This document shows, one piece after another, positions 22,331-35,862 of a stretch of DNA of 64,000 nt. Numbering within the stretch: the stretch's first letter is position 1; the number at the start of each line of letters is the position of its first letter. Origin of the DNA: an uncultured Candidatus Rokubacteria bacterium. GTDB taxonomy: Bacteria; Methylomirabilota; Methylomirabilia; Rokubacteriales; CSP1-6. The position numbers and the translations under genes were made by a program. Below the pieces are notes generated by a model, which had not been told where the DNA came from, searched no databases, and saw nothing but the letters and a program-made list of their open reading frames with translations. Location of the stretch: assembly GCA_963789955.1 (NCBI GenBank), contig CAWBMV010000001.1:832001-896000 (forward strand), in the 5' to 3' direction.

Positions 22331-22747
22331 GAAGCTCTTCGTCATCGCGGTCATCATACTGCTCGCCGCGATACCCGCGAGCGCGCAGCCGGTCCAGATC
22401 ACGATCTCGCAGCCCGCCGAGGCCACCACGATGGATCCGGGCCGGAGCACGCAGGTCTTGAGGGGAAAGCGCCGGGCATCGGCACCCGAACGGGTTCAAC
22501 GGTAAATACTGGGTCGGCAGCCAGCCCGGGCAGCGTTTCCACGAGCTGATGGAGCAGGCGCGCTACTCGCTCGATCAGGCCAAGCGCCGGACCCTGTACG
22601 CCGAGGCCACGCAGATCGTCCACGACGAAAAGCCGTGGCTCGAGCTGTTCCAGGAAGTGATCGTGTGCGGCGATGAGCCGGCGGGTCGCCTTCAAGCCTC
22701 GGGCGGACTACCGGTTGATCGTGGCGGAGATGGCGCCTAGCCGGTAG
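22329..22747 (+). pseudogene. Internally deleted family-5 (peptide/nickel) ABC substrate-binding protein
   Basis: RBS and signal peptide followed by QPAEATTMDP (N-terminus), joined out of frame near 22460-22480 to a C-terminal piece EQARYSLDQAKRRTLYAEATQIVHDEKPWLEL. Confidence 0.75.
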
Positions 22748-23159
22748 TCGGCGCCTCGAGACGGAGCAGCCGCCGGTCGACCCGGCGGAATTCTTCGGCG
22801 ACCTCGCCGCGGAAACGATCGAGCTTCTGGTCGACGACGATGACGCCTTCGCCGACGAGCTGGATCTTGTCCATCAGACTCTCGGCGACCACGTCGAAGT
22901 GACGGCGGGTCTCCGCGGCGCTCGCCGAGATCTTGGCCTCGAAGTGCCGCTGAGTCTCTGCGGCGCTCGCCAGGATCTTGCCCTCGAAGTGCCGCTGAGT
23001 CTCCGCGGTGCTCGCCAGGATCTTGTCCTCGAGGTGACGGCGGGTCTCTGCGGCGCTCGCCAGAATCTCAGCGCGCAGTTCGCCAGTGATCTCCGACTTG
23101 AGCTCGGACTTGAGCTCCGCGAAGCGTCGATCGAGGTAGCCGACGAGCTCCTGATCCAC
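22737..23159 (-). CDS. Coiled-coil hypothetical protein with 15-aa repeats
   Basis: (ILASAAETRRHFExK) about four times, then DVVAESL..KIQLV.EG. GTG start inferred. Confidence 0.7.
   Translation of the reverse strand: MDQELVGYLDRRFAELKSELKSEITGELRAEILASAAETRRHLEDKILASTAETQRHFEGKILASAAETQRHFEAKISASAAETRRHFDVVAESLMDKIQLVGEGVIVVDQKLDRFRGEVAEEFRRVDRRLLRLEAPTTG
22899..23069 (-). repeat. 45-bp coding tandem repeat, about 3.8 copies
   Basis: Plus-strand units begin at 22899, 22944, 22989 and 23034. Confidence 0.9.
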
Positions 23160-23315
23160 ACGGGTACTCTGATGGCCCGCGGCGGTCGCGTCAAGTGTGT
23201 CGCGTTGAAGACGGAGGCTCAGCCGCCCTTCAGCCTCGGATCGGGAGACCCCGAAGCGGGCCATTATCGCTCAAGGGCTCGGAGGCGCGGTCGGACTCTA
23301 GTGTAGAGTGAGGTC

Positions 23316-23975
23316 ATGATCAGAGCGGTTACCGCGCTGACGCTCGCTCTATTGGTGATGGCCACAACCGTCCCGGCCGTCGCCCAGTCGCTCGACGACG
23401 TCGTGCGCGAGATCGAGACCGTCTACAGCCGCATGACCGACCTGCGCGCCGACTTCACGCAGACCGCGTTCAACAAGAGCCTCAACCAGACGATTCCGGC
23501 GCGCGGCACTGTCTACTTGAAGAAGGGCGGCAAGCTCCGCTGGGAGTACACCGAGCCCACGCCGCAGGAAATCGTGTCGGACGGCAAGAAGCTCTGGGTC
23601 TACACGCCGACTCTGAACCAGGCCAACGTCGCCGACGCGCCCGAGGCGCTGGCCGGTCCCGCCGGGAGCTTCCTGGCCGGGCTCGGCCGCCTGCGGACCG
23701 AGTTCCAGGTGCGCTTCCTGAACCCCGCGCAGCCGAAGGACGCCGAGGGGAACTGGGCGCTGGATCTGACGCCGAAGCAGCCGTTGCCGACCCTGACGCG
23801 GCTGATCCTGTCAGTGGACCCGAAGAGCTGGGAGATCCGGAAGGCCATCGTGCACGACCAGTTCGAGAACACGGTGACGATGCGCTTCACGAAGATGGCG
23901 GTGAACAGCGGGCTGCCGGAGCGGACCTTCACCTTCGTGGCGCCCAAGGGCGTCGTGATCGTCCCGCTCAAGTAA
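23316..23975 (+). CDS. lolA: Outer-membrane lipoprotein carrier protein LolA
   Basis: Signal peptide; ADFTQ, G.VYLKK.GKLRWEY..P..Q.IVSDGK.LW.Y and F.F..PKG motifs. Confidence 0.9.
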   Translation: MIRAVTALTLALLVMATTVPAVAQSLDDVVREIETVYSRMTDLRADFTQTAFNKSLNQTIPARGTVYLKKGGKLRWEYTEPTPQEIVSDGKKLWVYTPTLNQANVADAPEALAGPAGSFLAGLGRLRTEFQVRFLNPAQPKDAEGNWALDLTPKQPLPTLTRLILSVDPKSWEIRKAIVHDQFENTVTMRFTKMAVNSGLPERTFTFVAPKGVVIVPLK

Positions 23976-23987
23976 GCGGAGGGGGCC

Positions 23988-24485
23988 ATGGCCGCCGAGA
24001 ATTCATTCGACATCGCCTGCAAGATCGACATGCAAGAGGTCACGAACGCGCTCGACCAGGCGCGGCGGGAGATCGACACCCGCTACGATCTCAAGGGCGC
24101 CAAGTGCGGGATCGCCATCGAGAAGACCGATATCACCGCGACGGCGCCCGACGACATGAAGCTCAAAGCGGTCGTCGACATTCTGCAGTCGCGCCTGCAC
24201 AAGCGCGGCGTGCCGCTGAAGGCGCTCACGTACGGTGAGGTCGAGCAGGCCTCCGGCGGCACGCTCCGCCAGAAGATCGCGCTCCAGCAGGGCATTCCGA
24301 TCGAGCGCGCCAAGGAGATCGTGCGCCTCATCAAGGACTCCAAGGTCCGGGTGCAGGCCTCGATCCAGGAAGACCAGGTGCGCGTGGCCGGCAAGAACCG
24401 CGACGATCTGCAGAAGATCATCGCGCTGATCAAGGAAAAGGATCTCGGCATCGCGCTGCAGTTCACGAACTATCGCAGCGCCTGA
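23988..24485 (+). CDS. yajQ: YajQ family nucleotide/c-di-GMP-binding protein
   Basis: SFDI, EVTNA, RYD.KG, QVRV.GK.RDDLQ and LQFTNYR motifs. Confidence 0.95.
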   Translation: MAAENSFDIACKIDMQEVTNALDQARREIDTRYDLKGAKCGIAIEKTDITATAPDDMKLKAVVDILQSRLHKRGVPLKALTYGEVEQASGGTLRQKIALQQGIPIERAKEIVRLIKDSKVRVQASIQEDQVRVAGKNRDDLQKIIALIKEKDLGIALQFTNYRSA

Positions 24486-25486
24486 TCACGCTACGCCGAC
24501 ATCCTGTTGCTCGCTCGCCGATGTCCGGCAATAGTCCTCTGCGAGATTCTCGCCGGATGACCCGGCCGTCCGTGACCGGGCCGCAGCGATCGCAAGCTCT
24601 TGGAGTGATCGGCAGCCAAAGCTCGAGCGGACCGTACGGCGAGATACACGGGACTTGGACAGCGGAGTACTGTCCAGTTCGGGATCGAAGAGGTACTAGT
24701 TCGGATCGCCTCCACGCGATCGTTGGCCGGCGAACGAGTCGCGAAGCTGCTGACGGCGACCCGATCGGCAGGCCGACCGGTTCAGGCGAGTGAACCGCCA
24801 AGTACTCATCAGGAGCAACTCCGGTCCAGTGCGCTGGACGAACGAGCCCGACAAGGCCAAGGCGAGCCCTATCGTCAAGGCGCGAACCGCTCCGCTGACG
24901 CGCAGGCGGTGGTCAGCGCAGCATGCCGGTCCGGTCGGCCGCCTGGCGCAACGTCGATGTACCTCCGGCCGTCTGGGTGGGACGACGACAACCACGCTGG
25001 TCAATGCACCGACGGCTTGAAGCACAGGCGCTAACCTATCGCAGGCTACCGCAGTTCGGTCTTTATTCGCGGCACGCCTCGCGCGCTCCGCTGAGGGCTG
25101 CGTTACATACTCTCGTTCAAGCCGACAGTCATGTGCAACCGACACGAGGCTCCGCGGCCGTCTTGGAATGCCTAGGCGCGAACTCCGGACGCTGGAGCAG
25201 ATCGGCTGGATCGCCATCGGCTCCACGTGCTCCCGCAGCAGTTCGACGCCAGCAAGGCGTCAGGCTCGTCACCTCGCTGCGTAGGCTAAGAGCGCTCGCG
25301 GCCCGTCTCCGTTGGCGCTCACGAAACCGCTTACGGTCGAGGCCGCCCTGACAATCAGAGCGGGCAGTGAGCTCCTGAATCCGGGTCGGTGGGTGACGCG
25401 TAGCGCTCGCTCACGCCGGCATGCTGTGGCTGCCCTGTTGCCTACCGCGGTTTGGCCCCGCGGGCACGGTATACTGGCTGCCGTCC

Positions 25487-26804
25487 ATGAAGGTCCACCT
25501 GACGACCCTCGGCTGCCCGAAGAACCAGGTCGATTCCGAGCTGATGCTCGGCATGCTGACCGAGGCCGGATTCCCGCTGGCCGAGCGCCCCGAAGACGCC
25601 GAGTGCCTCGTCGTCAACACCTGCGCCTTCATCGACCGCGCGCGCGAAGAATCGATCGACACGATCCTGGAGCTCGCCAAGCTGAAGAAGCAGGGCTCCT
25701 GCCGCGCGCTCATCGTCACCGGCTGCCTCACCCAGCGCTACGGCGGCGACATCCTCAAGGAGATGCCGGAAGTCGACGGCATCCTCGGCACCTCGAACCT
25801 CTCGCGCATCGTCGAGTCTGGTCCGCCAGGCGTCCGGCCGTCAAGACTGGGCGAGCTCGGCGCCGCCCGGCTATCTCTACGACGCGACCACACCGCGCCT
25901 GCTGACGGGCCGCGTGCCCTATGCGTACGTGAAGATCGCGGAAGGGTGCGATATGGGCTGCACCTTCTGCGCGATTCCACAGTTCCGCGGCCGTCACCGG
26001 AGTCGGCCGCTGGCCGACATCGTGAAAGAGGTCGAAGGGCTGGCGGCGCGCGGAATCCAGGAGGCGATCCTCGTCTCTCAAGACACGCTCGCGTACGGCC
26101 GCGACATTCCCGGCAACGGCGACATCGCCGACCTGCTGCTGGCCCTCGGCGAGACGCGGATCCCGTGGATCCGGCCGATGTACCTGCATCCCGCGCACGT
26201 CAACGACCGGCTCATCGAGCGCTGGGCGCGCGCGCGGGTCGTCCCGTACCTGGACATGCCGGTCCAGCACGGCGACGACGGCGTGCTGCGCGCTATGCGC
26301 CGGGCAATCACCGCCAAGCGCATGCGGGAGATCGTCCGCGCGTTCCGCGACGCGATCCCCGGGCTCACCGTGCGCACGACCGTGCTCGTCGGCTTCCCGG
26401 GCGAGTCCGAGGCGGCGTTCCAGAACCTCCTCGAGTTTCTGGAGGACACTCGGTTCGACCGGCTCGGCGTGTTCACGTATTCGCCCGAGGAAGGGACGCC
26501 GTCGGTCGCCTATCCCGATCAGGTCCCTGCCGAGATCGCCGCGGAGCGCGCCGCGATCGTCCAGGAGCACCAGGATCGCCGCGCGTGGGAGCAGAGCGCC
26601 GCGCTCGCCGGCACCGTGACGGACGTCCTGATCGACGGCCCGAGCGAGGATCCCGCGTTCGCGTGGGAAGGACGCACGGCCGGTCAGGCGCCCGAGATCG
26701 ACGGCGTCGTGTACCTGCGCGATCGGGGTCTGAAGCCCGGCCGATTTGCCCGCATTCGCATCGTCGAGGTCGAGGGATACGAGCTGGTCGGCGAGCGCGC
26801 CTAG
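25487..26804 (+). CDS. rimO: Ribosomal protein S12 methylthiotransferase (frameshift ~25820)
   Basis: LGCPKNQVDSE, NTCAFI, radical SAM CDMGCTFC, TRAM domain APEIDG. Confidence 0.93.
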
Positions 26805-27270
26805 CCTCAGCACGGCGCTCGACCGCGTAGCGCTCGTCGTCGCGACTGGCTTCGGCGCCGGCTACTCGCCGATCGCGCCGGGCACCGCGGGAAGCGCCCT
26901 CACCGTCCTCATCCTCTGGATCGTTCCGTTCTCGCGCGCGGGCCTCCTGTTGTTCCTCCTGGCCGTGATCGTCGCGGGAACCTGGGCGGCCCATCGCGCC
27001 GAGCGCTCGTTCGGCACCAAGGACCCCGGCGCGATCGTCATCGACGAAGTCGCGGGCATGACGTTGACGGTCGCGCCCTTCGCGCTCACACCCGCCGTAC
27101 TGCTGGTCGGATTCGTTCTGTTCAGGATCTTCGACGTGACCAAGCCGTTCCCGGCGCGCGCCAGCCAGCACTGCATCGGCGGGATCGGCGTGATGGTGGA
27201 TGATCTGATCGCGGGGTTGTACGCTCTGATCGTGATCGTCATCGGCCGAGCCGTTTTCGCCTGGCCATGA
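26746..27270 (+). CDS. pgpA: Phosphatidylglycerophosphatase A (start uncertain)
   Basis: APGTAGS, KDPGAIVIDEVAG, FRIFDVTKP and GVMVDD motifs. Confidence 0.92.
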   Translation: MPAFASSRSRDTSWSASAPSLSTALDRVALVVATGFGAGYSPIAPGTAGSALTVLILWIVPFSRAGLLLFLLAVIVAGTWAAHRAERSFGTKDPGAIVIDEVAGMTLTVAPFALTPAVLLVGFVLFRIFDVTKPFPARASQHCIGGIGVMVDDLIAGLYALIVIVIGRAVFAWP

Positions 27271-28490
27271 CAGCGAGCGCCCACATCGTCACGGTCGGGG
27301 CGATGCCCACGCCCGGCGTCGACGGCGCGGCGGTCGCCACGGCTCTCGGCGCCGCCGGCGTCGCCGTCGTGAGCCGCGTCTTCGTCGAGGACGACGAGGG
27401 CGCGCTCGAGCAGGCGCTCGGATCCAACGAGGTCCTGACGGTGGTGCTGGCCGGCGCCGGCGGCTCGGCCGGCGACATCGTCCGCCGGGTCATCGCGCGC
27501 GTGACGGGCGCGCGGCTCGTGCTCCACGAGCGGCTCCTCACGACGTTGCAGGAGCGCTATCGTCGCCTCGACCGACCCCTGCCGCGCCGGGCCGAACGGC
27601 TGGCTCTCCTTCCCCAGGGCGCGACGGTGTGGGTGACCCCCGACGCGGAAGCCGGCTGGGCGATGGAGAACGGCCACCGCGCCTACGCCGTGCTGGCGCG
27701 CGACGCGACCTTGCAGACGATGCTCGCGCAATTCCTCACCCCGTTCGCCCGCGAGTGGGCGGGCACGCGTGGCGCCGCGGTCGCTCGAACGCTTCGCATC
27801 GCCGGCCTCACCGCGGCCGACGTCGAGGAGCGGCTCGTCGACTGGCTCGGTCGCGACGGCGAGGTGACCGTCTCGACCATCCCGGCGGACGGTGAGGTGT
27901 GGGTGAGGCTTCGCGCGCGCGCGTCGACGCCGGCCGAAGCGACTCGGAGTCTCGCGAAGGCCGAGAGCGGGGTCGCCGCGCTCCTCGGCGAGGACTGCTA
28001 CGGTCGGGACGGCGACACCCTGGAGGCGGTCGTCGGCCGGACGCTGCTCGAGCGAGGGTTGCGCCTCGCGGTGGCCGAGTCGTGCACGGGCGGGCTTCTG
28101 GGCCATCGCCTGACCAGCGTTCCCGGCTCCTCCGCGTATTTCGAGCGAGGCGTCCTCGCGTACTCGAATCGCGCGATGGAAGAGCTTCTGGGTGTGCCCG
28201 AGTCGCTCCTGAAAGCTCACGGATCGGTCAGCGGGCCGTGTGCCGAGGCGATGGCGCGCGGGGTCGCGGCGCTCGCCGGCTCGCCGTGCGCGCTCGCGGT
28301 CACCGGAATCGCTGGACCGGACGGCGGCACGCCGACCAAGCCCGTCGGCACCGTCTTCGTCGGCCTCGTGGTCAAGGGAGAGGTGCTCGCTCGGCGCTTC
28401 CACTTCGCGGGAGACCGGGCTGCCGTGAGATGGCAATCGACCCAGGCGGCCCTCGACATGCTACGCCGCTCGCTGCGAGGGCAATCGTGA
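27267..28490 (+). CDS. cinA: CinA family protein (degenerate N-terminal domain plus PncC-type domain)
   Basis: AVAESCTGG, GSSAYF and TGIAGPDGG..KPVGTV motifs; sits in the pgpA-recA neighbourhood. Confidence 0.88.
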   Translation: MTASAHIVTVGAMPTPGVDGAAVATALGAAGVAVVSRVFVEDDEGALEQALGSNEVLTVVLAGAGGSAGDIVRRVIARVTGARLVLHERLLTTLQERYRRLDRPLPRRAERLALLPQGATVWVTPDAEAGWAMENGHRAYAVLARDATLQTMLAQFLTPFAREWAGTRGAAVARTLRIAGLTAADVEERLVDWLGRDGEVTVSTIPADGEVWVRLRARASTPAEATRSLAKAESGVAALLGEDCYGRDGDTLEAVVGRTLLERGLRLAVAESCTGGLLGHRLTSVPGSSAYFERGVLAYSNRAMEELLGVPESLLKAHGSVSGPCAEAMARGVAALAGSPCALAVTGIAGPDGGTPTKPVGTVFVGLVVKGEVLARRFHFAGDRAAVRWQSTQAALDMLRRSLRGQS

Positions 28491-29754
28491 AGGCGTGGGT
28501 CGTCGTCGCGCTGACCTTGGCGCTCACGGCGTGCTCGGCCGCGTCGGAGGTCGGCCGCGGCGTCGCCATGGCGTCTCAGGCTGACGATCAGCCCATCAAG
28601 GACTGGCCGACCTCAGCCGCCGAGTACGCGAATCGTGGCGTGGTACGCGCGCACCAGGGTGATCTGGACGGTGCGATCGCGGACTACACCAAGGCGCTGG
28701 CGCTCGCGCCGCCCGATGCCGAGGTCCTGTTCAACCGTGGCAGCGCGATGATCGCGAAGAAGGACTATCAGGGCGCGATCGCCGACCTCACCCTGGCTCT
28801 CTCCATCGATCCGCATCACGCGAAGGCACTGTTCGCCCGCGGGACCGCGCGATCGCTGAGCGGCGACCTCGACCTTGCCCGCGCCGACTGGGCCCGCGCG
28901 ATCGAGCTCGAGCGGGACCCGGGAGAGAAGGCGTTGATGCTGGCTGCGGCCAACGCGTCGGCGACCGAGAGCGCGCCGCAGGCTGCTGCGCCGCCGGCGG
29001 CAACGCCTGCTCCGCCGCCGGCCGGTGGACGCATCAGCGGAGCACCGCCTCCGCGGCCGGCGCCAACGCTGAGGTGCCGGCGGCACGCCGCCCGCGGTGG
29101 CCGTCGCGCCTGTCCGCCGCCATGCCGCCGCCCGCATCCCCACCGCCTGCGGCGACGGCCGACGCAGCAACGACACCCGCCGTCGAGACCGCGCCACCTC
29201 AGGAGTCGCCGACAGTGCCGGCACCAGCAGAAGCGTCACCGCCTGCTGTTGCCGCTGCTCCATCGGCCGACGCGCCCGCAGCGGCGCCCGCTCAGGCGGC
29301 CACGCCCCCCGCGGACGTCGCGCCGCCCGTGGCCGTCCTGCCGGCGACCGCACCGGTTGAGACGTCGCCGACACAGCCGCCCGCGGCCGCAGCCGCGCCC
29401 GCGCCGCCCGATGCGGCGGGTTCGACGGCCGCTGCGCCGCCCGCCAGCGCGGCGCCCGGGCCGGAGTCTCCGGCGACCGCCACCGCTCCCGCCGCTGCCG
29501 CGCCTTCTCAGGCGTCCGAGGGCGCGCCGACAAGCGTCTCGCCCCCGCAAATCGCGGCCGTGCCGCCCGCTCCGGCTCCGGAGCCGGTGCCGCTCGACTC
29601 ACAGGCGCTGGCGGCCCGCGGCCTCGAGAAAGAGCTCAAAGGGGACCACGACGGTGCGCTCGCTGATCTTCGTGCGGCGTTGGTTGTCGAGCCGGACCCC
29701 GAACGGCGGCAGGGCATTCGAAATCTGCTCCAGCTCCTGGGCGCGCCGCGATAG
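28487..29754 (+). CDS. TPR lipoprotein with long Pro/Ala-rich linker (frameshift ~29040-29080)
   Basis: Lipobox LTAC, three TPRs (NRG...GD..GAIADY..A), P/A-rich tract, one final TPR. Confidence 0.75.
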
Positions 29755-30326
29755 CGGACGTTCGTGCGTTCGTCGCCATCCTCCTCGACGACGCCGTGCG
29801 ACAGGCGCTCGGTGAGGCGATCGAGCAGCTGCGCCCTGCGGCGCGCGACGTCGCCTGGGTGGCGCCCGACAACCTGCACCTCACGCTCAAGTTCCTCGGC
29901 GCGGTGCCGGAGGCGCGGATCGATTCGGTCGCCGGCGCGTTGACCGATGCCAGTCGCGAGGCCAGCTCCTTCGAGGCGCGGATCCGCGGCCTCGGCGCCT
30001 TTCCGTCGGCCGGCCGACCGCGGGTCGTGTGGGCCGGTGTGACCGACGGTGCCTCGCAGATGACCGAGCTCGCGCGGCGCGTCGACGTGGCGCTCGCGGC
30101 GCTCGGGTTCGCGCGTGACGACCGACCGTTTTCGCCCCACGTCACGCTCGGCCGGGTGCGACGGCCCGGACGCATCCCGACCCTCACCGACGCGCTCGAG
30201 CGCGCGGCCACGCGTGAATTCGGCTGTATCGAGGTTCCGAGCGCATCCCTCATGCGCAGTGATCTCGGGCCCCGCGGGGCCCGCTACACGGAGCTGGCCA
30301 AAATGAGGCTTGGCAGCCCTGTCTGA
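29751..30326 (+). CDS. thpR: RNA 2',3'-cyclic phosphodiesterase (start uncertain)
   Basis: RAFVAI, two HxT motifs (HLTL, HVTL), PRVVW. Confidence 0.92.
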   Translation: MADVRAFVAILLDDAVRQALGEAIEQLRPAARDVAWVAPDNLHLTLKFLGAVPEARIDSVAGALTDASREASSFEARIRGLGAFPSAGRPRVVWAGVTDGASQMTELARRVDVALAALGFARDDRPFSPHVTLGRVRRPGRIPTLTDALERAATREFGCIEVPSASLMRSDLGPRGARYTELAKMRLGSPV

Positions 30327-30337
30327 GACTCCGGACA

Positions 30338-30367
30338 TTGACGGCCCCGAGCGGGGCCACCTAGAAT
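30338..30367 (+). promoter_or_regulatory. Sigma70-type promoter of recA
   Basis: TTGACG-N18-TAGAAT. Confidence 0.65.
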
Positions 30368-30431
30368 GGCCAAAAGCGATAACGAACGAAACGTGCAGTG
30401 GGCGTGCGAGGATAACTGAAGGAGAGGCCCC

Positions 30432-31451
30432 ATGGCTGAGGCCAAGAACGAGCGACGGCAGGCCCTAGAGCTCGCAATTTCGCAGATCGAGCGGCAGTTC
30501 GGCAAGGGCTCGGTCATGCGGCTCGGCTCGGGCGGTCCCCTCGAGGAGATCGCCGTCATTCCGACCGGCGCCATCACACTCGACGTGGCGCTCGGCGTCG
30601 GCGGCCTGCCGCGAGGCCGGGTCACCGAGATCTACGGCCCGGAGTCCTCGGGCAAGACCACGCTGGCGCTCCACGTCGTCGCCGAGGCCCAGCGCCTGGG
30701 CGGCATCGCCGCGTTCATCGACGCCGAGCATGCGCTCGACCCGATCTACGCTCGCAAGCTCGGCGTCAACATCGACGAGCTCCTGATCTCGCAGCCCGAC
30801 ACCGGAGAGCAAGCGCTGGAGATCACCGAGACGCTCGTCCGCTCCAACGCCGTCGACGTGATCGTGATCGACTCGGTGGCGGCGCTGGTGCCGCGCGCCG
30901 AGCTCGACGGCGACATGGGCGATTCGCTGCCCGGCCTGCAGGCGCGCCTCATGTCCCAGGCGCTCCGCAAGCTCACGTCCGCCATCTCGCGCTCGGGCGC
31001 GATCGTCATCTTCATCAACCAGATCCGCGAGAAGATCGGCGTGATGTTCGGCAACCCCGAGACCACGACGGGCGGGCGCGCGCTGAAGTTCTATGCGTCC
31101 ATTCGGCTCGACATCCGGCGGCAGGACGCGATCAAGCAGGGGACGGAGTCGCTCGGCGTCCGGACCAAGGTCAAGGTGGTGAAGAACAAGCTCGCGCCGC
31201 CGTTCCGAGAGGCGGAGTTCGACGTCATGTACGGCGAAGGGATCTCCAAGACGGGCAGCGTGCTGGACGCTGGCGTCGACAACGGCCTCGTCGAGAAGTC
31301 CGGGACTTGGTACACGTACAAGAGTGAGCGGATCGGACAGGGACGCGAGAACGCCAAGAAGTGGCTCCAGGAAAACGCGGCGACCTTCGCGGACCTCGAA
31401 TCGAAGCTTCGCGACACTCTCGGACTTCGCCAGGCGGTGCCGATCAAATAG
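30432..31451 (+). CDS. recA: Recombinase A
   Basis: [28 protein letters not shown] and GGRALKFY motifs. Confidence 0.99.
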   Translation: MAEAKNERRQALELAISQIERQFGKGSVMRLGSGGPLEEIAVIPTGAITLDVALGVGGLPRGRVTEIYGPESSGKTTLALHVVAEAQRLGGIAAFIDAEHALDPIYARKLGVNIDELLISQPDTGEQALEITETLVRSNAVDVIVIDSVAALVPRAELDGDMGDSLPGLQARLMSQALRKLTSAISRSGAIVIFINQIREKIGVMFGNPETTTGGRALKFYASIRLDIRRQDAIKQGTESLGVRTKVKVVKNKLAPPFREAEFDVMYGEGISKTGSVLDAGVDNGLVEKSGTWYTYKSERIGQGRENAKKWLQENAATFADLESKLRDTLGLRQAVPIK

Positions 31452-31460
31452 GAGTCGTTC

Positions 31461-32617
31461 ATGCCGATGGAATTCGACAAGCTCCTGGTCACCGGCGTCG
31501 AGCGCGGCGCCTCTGACCTGCACCTGAAGGCCAACGCTCCGGTCATCCTCCGGATCCACGGCCGTCTGGTGCCACAGGGGGACCTCGGCGTGATCACCGC
31601 CGAGGACATGGACGCGATCGCCCACCGGTGCCTCACCGAGCGGATGTACGGCCAGCTCATGGACGGGCGTGAGGTCGACTCGGCGTACGCGGTGCCGAAC
31701 TTCGGTCGCTTCCGCGTCAACATGTTCCTGGCGCTCGGCGCGGTCCGCGCCGTTCTGAGATCGATTCCGTCCAAGAAGCCGAAGTTCGAGGAGATCGGAC
31801 TGCCCGAGGTGCTCGAGCAGCTCTCGATGGAGCGCCGCGGGCTCCTGCTGGTCACCGGCATCACCGGCTCGGGTAAGTCGACCACGTTGGCGGCCATGGT
31901 CGACTACATCAACCGCACGCGAAACGACCACATCCTCACGATCGAGGACCCGATCGAGTTCACCCACGACGACATCGGCTGCGTGGTCAGCCAGCGCGAG
32001 ATCGGCCACGACTCGCCGAGCTTCGCCACGGCGCTGCGCGCCGCGCTCCGCGAGGACCCCGACGTGATTCTCGTCGGCGAAATGCGCGACCCGGAGACGA
32101 TGTCGGTCGCGTTGCACGCCGCGGAGACGGGCCATCTCGTGTTCTCGACGCTCCACACCCTGAACGCCAGCGAGACGGTCAACCGCATCATCGGCACGTT
32201 CCCGCCGCACCAGGAGCAGCAGATCCGCGACCAGCTGGCGGCGGTCATCGTCGGCATCGTCTCGCAGCGCCTCATCCCGAAGATCGGCGGCGAGGGCCGG
32301 ATCCCGGCCGTCGAGATTCTCGTCGGCACCGGCGCGATCAAGGACTGCATCCGTGAGGCGAAGCGGACGCCCGAGATCCCGGCGTTCATCGCCCAGGGCC
32401 AGTCGCAGTACGGCATGCAGACCTTCGACCAGTGCTTGCTGAAGCTCTATCGGGACGGGATCATCTCGTACGAGACCGCGCGGGAAGCGGCGACCAACGC
32501 CGACGACTTCGACCTCAAGGTGCGCGGCATCTTCTCGACGGGCGAGCAATCGTTCGAACAGCGCGCGACCGATCGGGCGCCCGTGTCGCCCGCCGGCAGC
32601 TCCTTCTTCAAGAGATC

Positions 32618-32621
<4 letters not shown>
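31461..32621 (+). CDS. pilT: Type IV pilus retraction ATPase PilT/PilU family
   Basis: ASDLHL, TGITGSGKST, TIEDPIE, LREDPDVILVGEMRD, TGHLVFSTLH and GMQTFDQ motifs. Confidence 0.9.
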
Positions 32622-35826
<3,205 letters not shown>

Positions 35827-35862
35827 GGGTTAGAGCACGTCCCTGGGGTAGAATGTTGGTTG

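Noticed and set aside
22899..23069. Possible CRISPR array
   Set aside because: The 45-bp in-frame coding repeat has no spacers.
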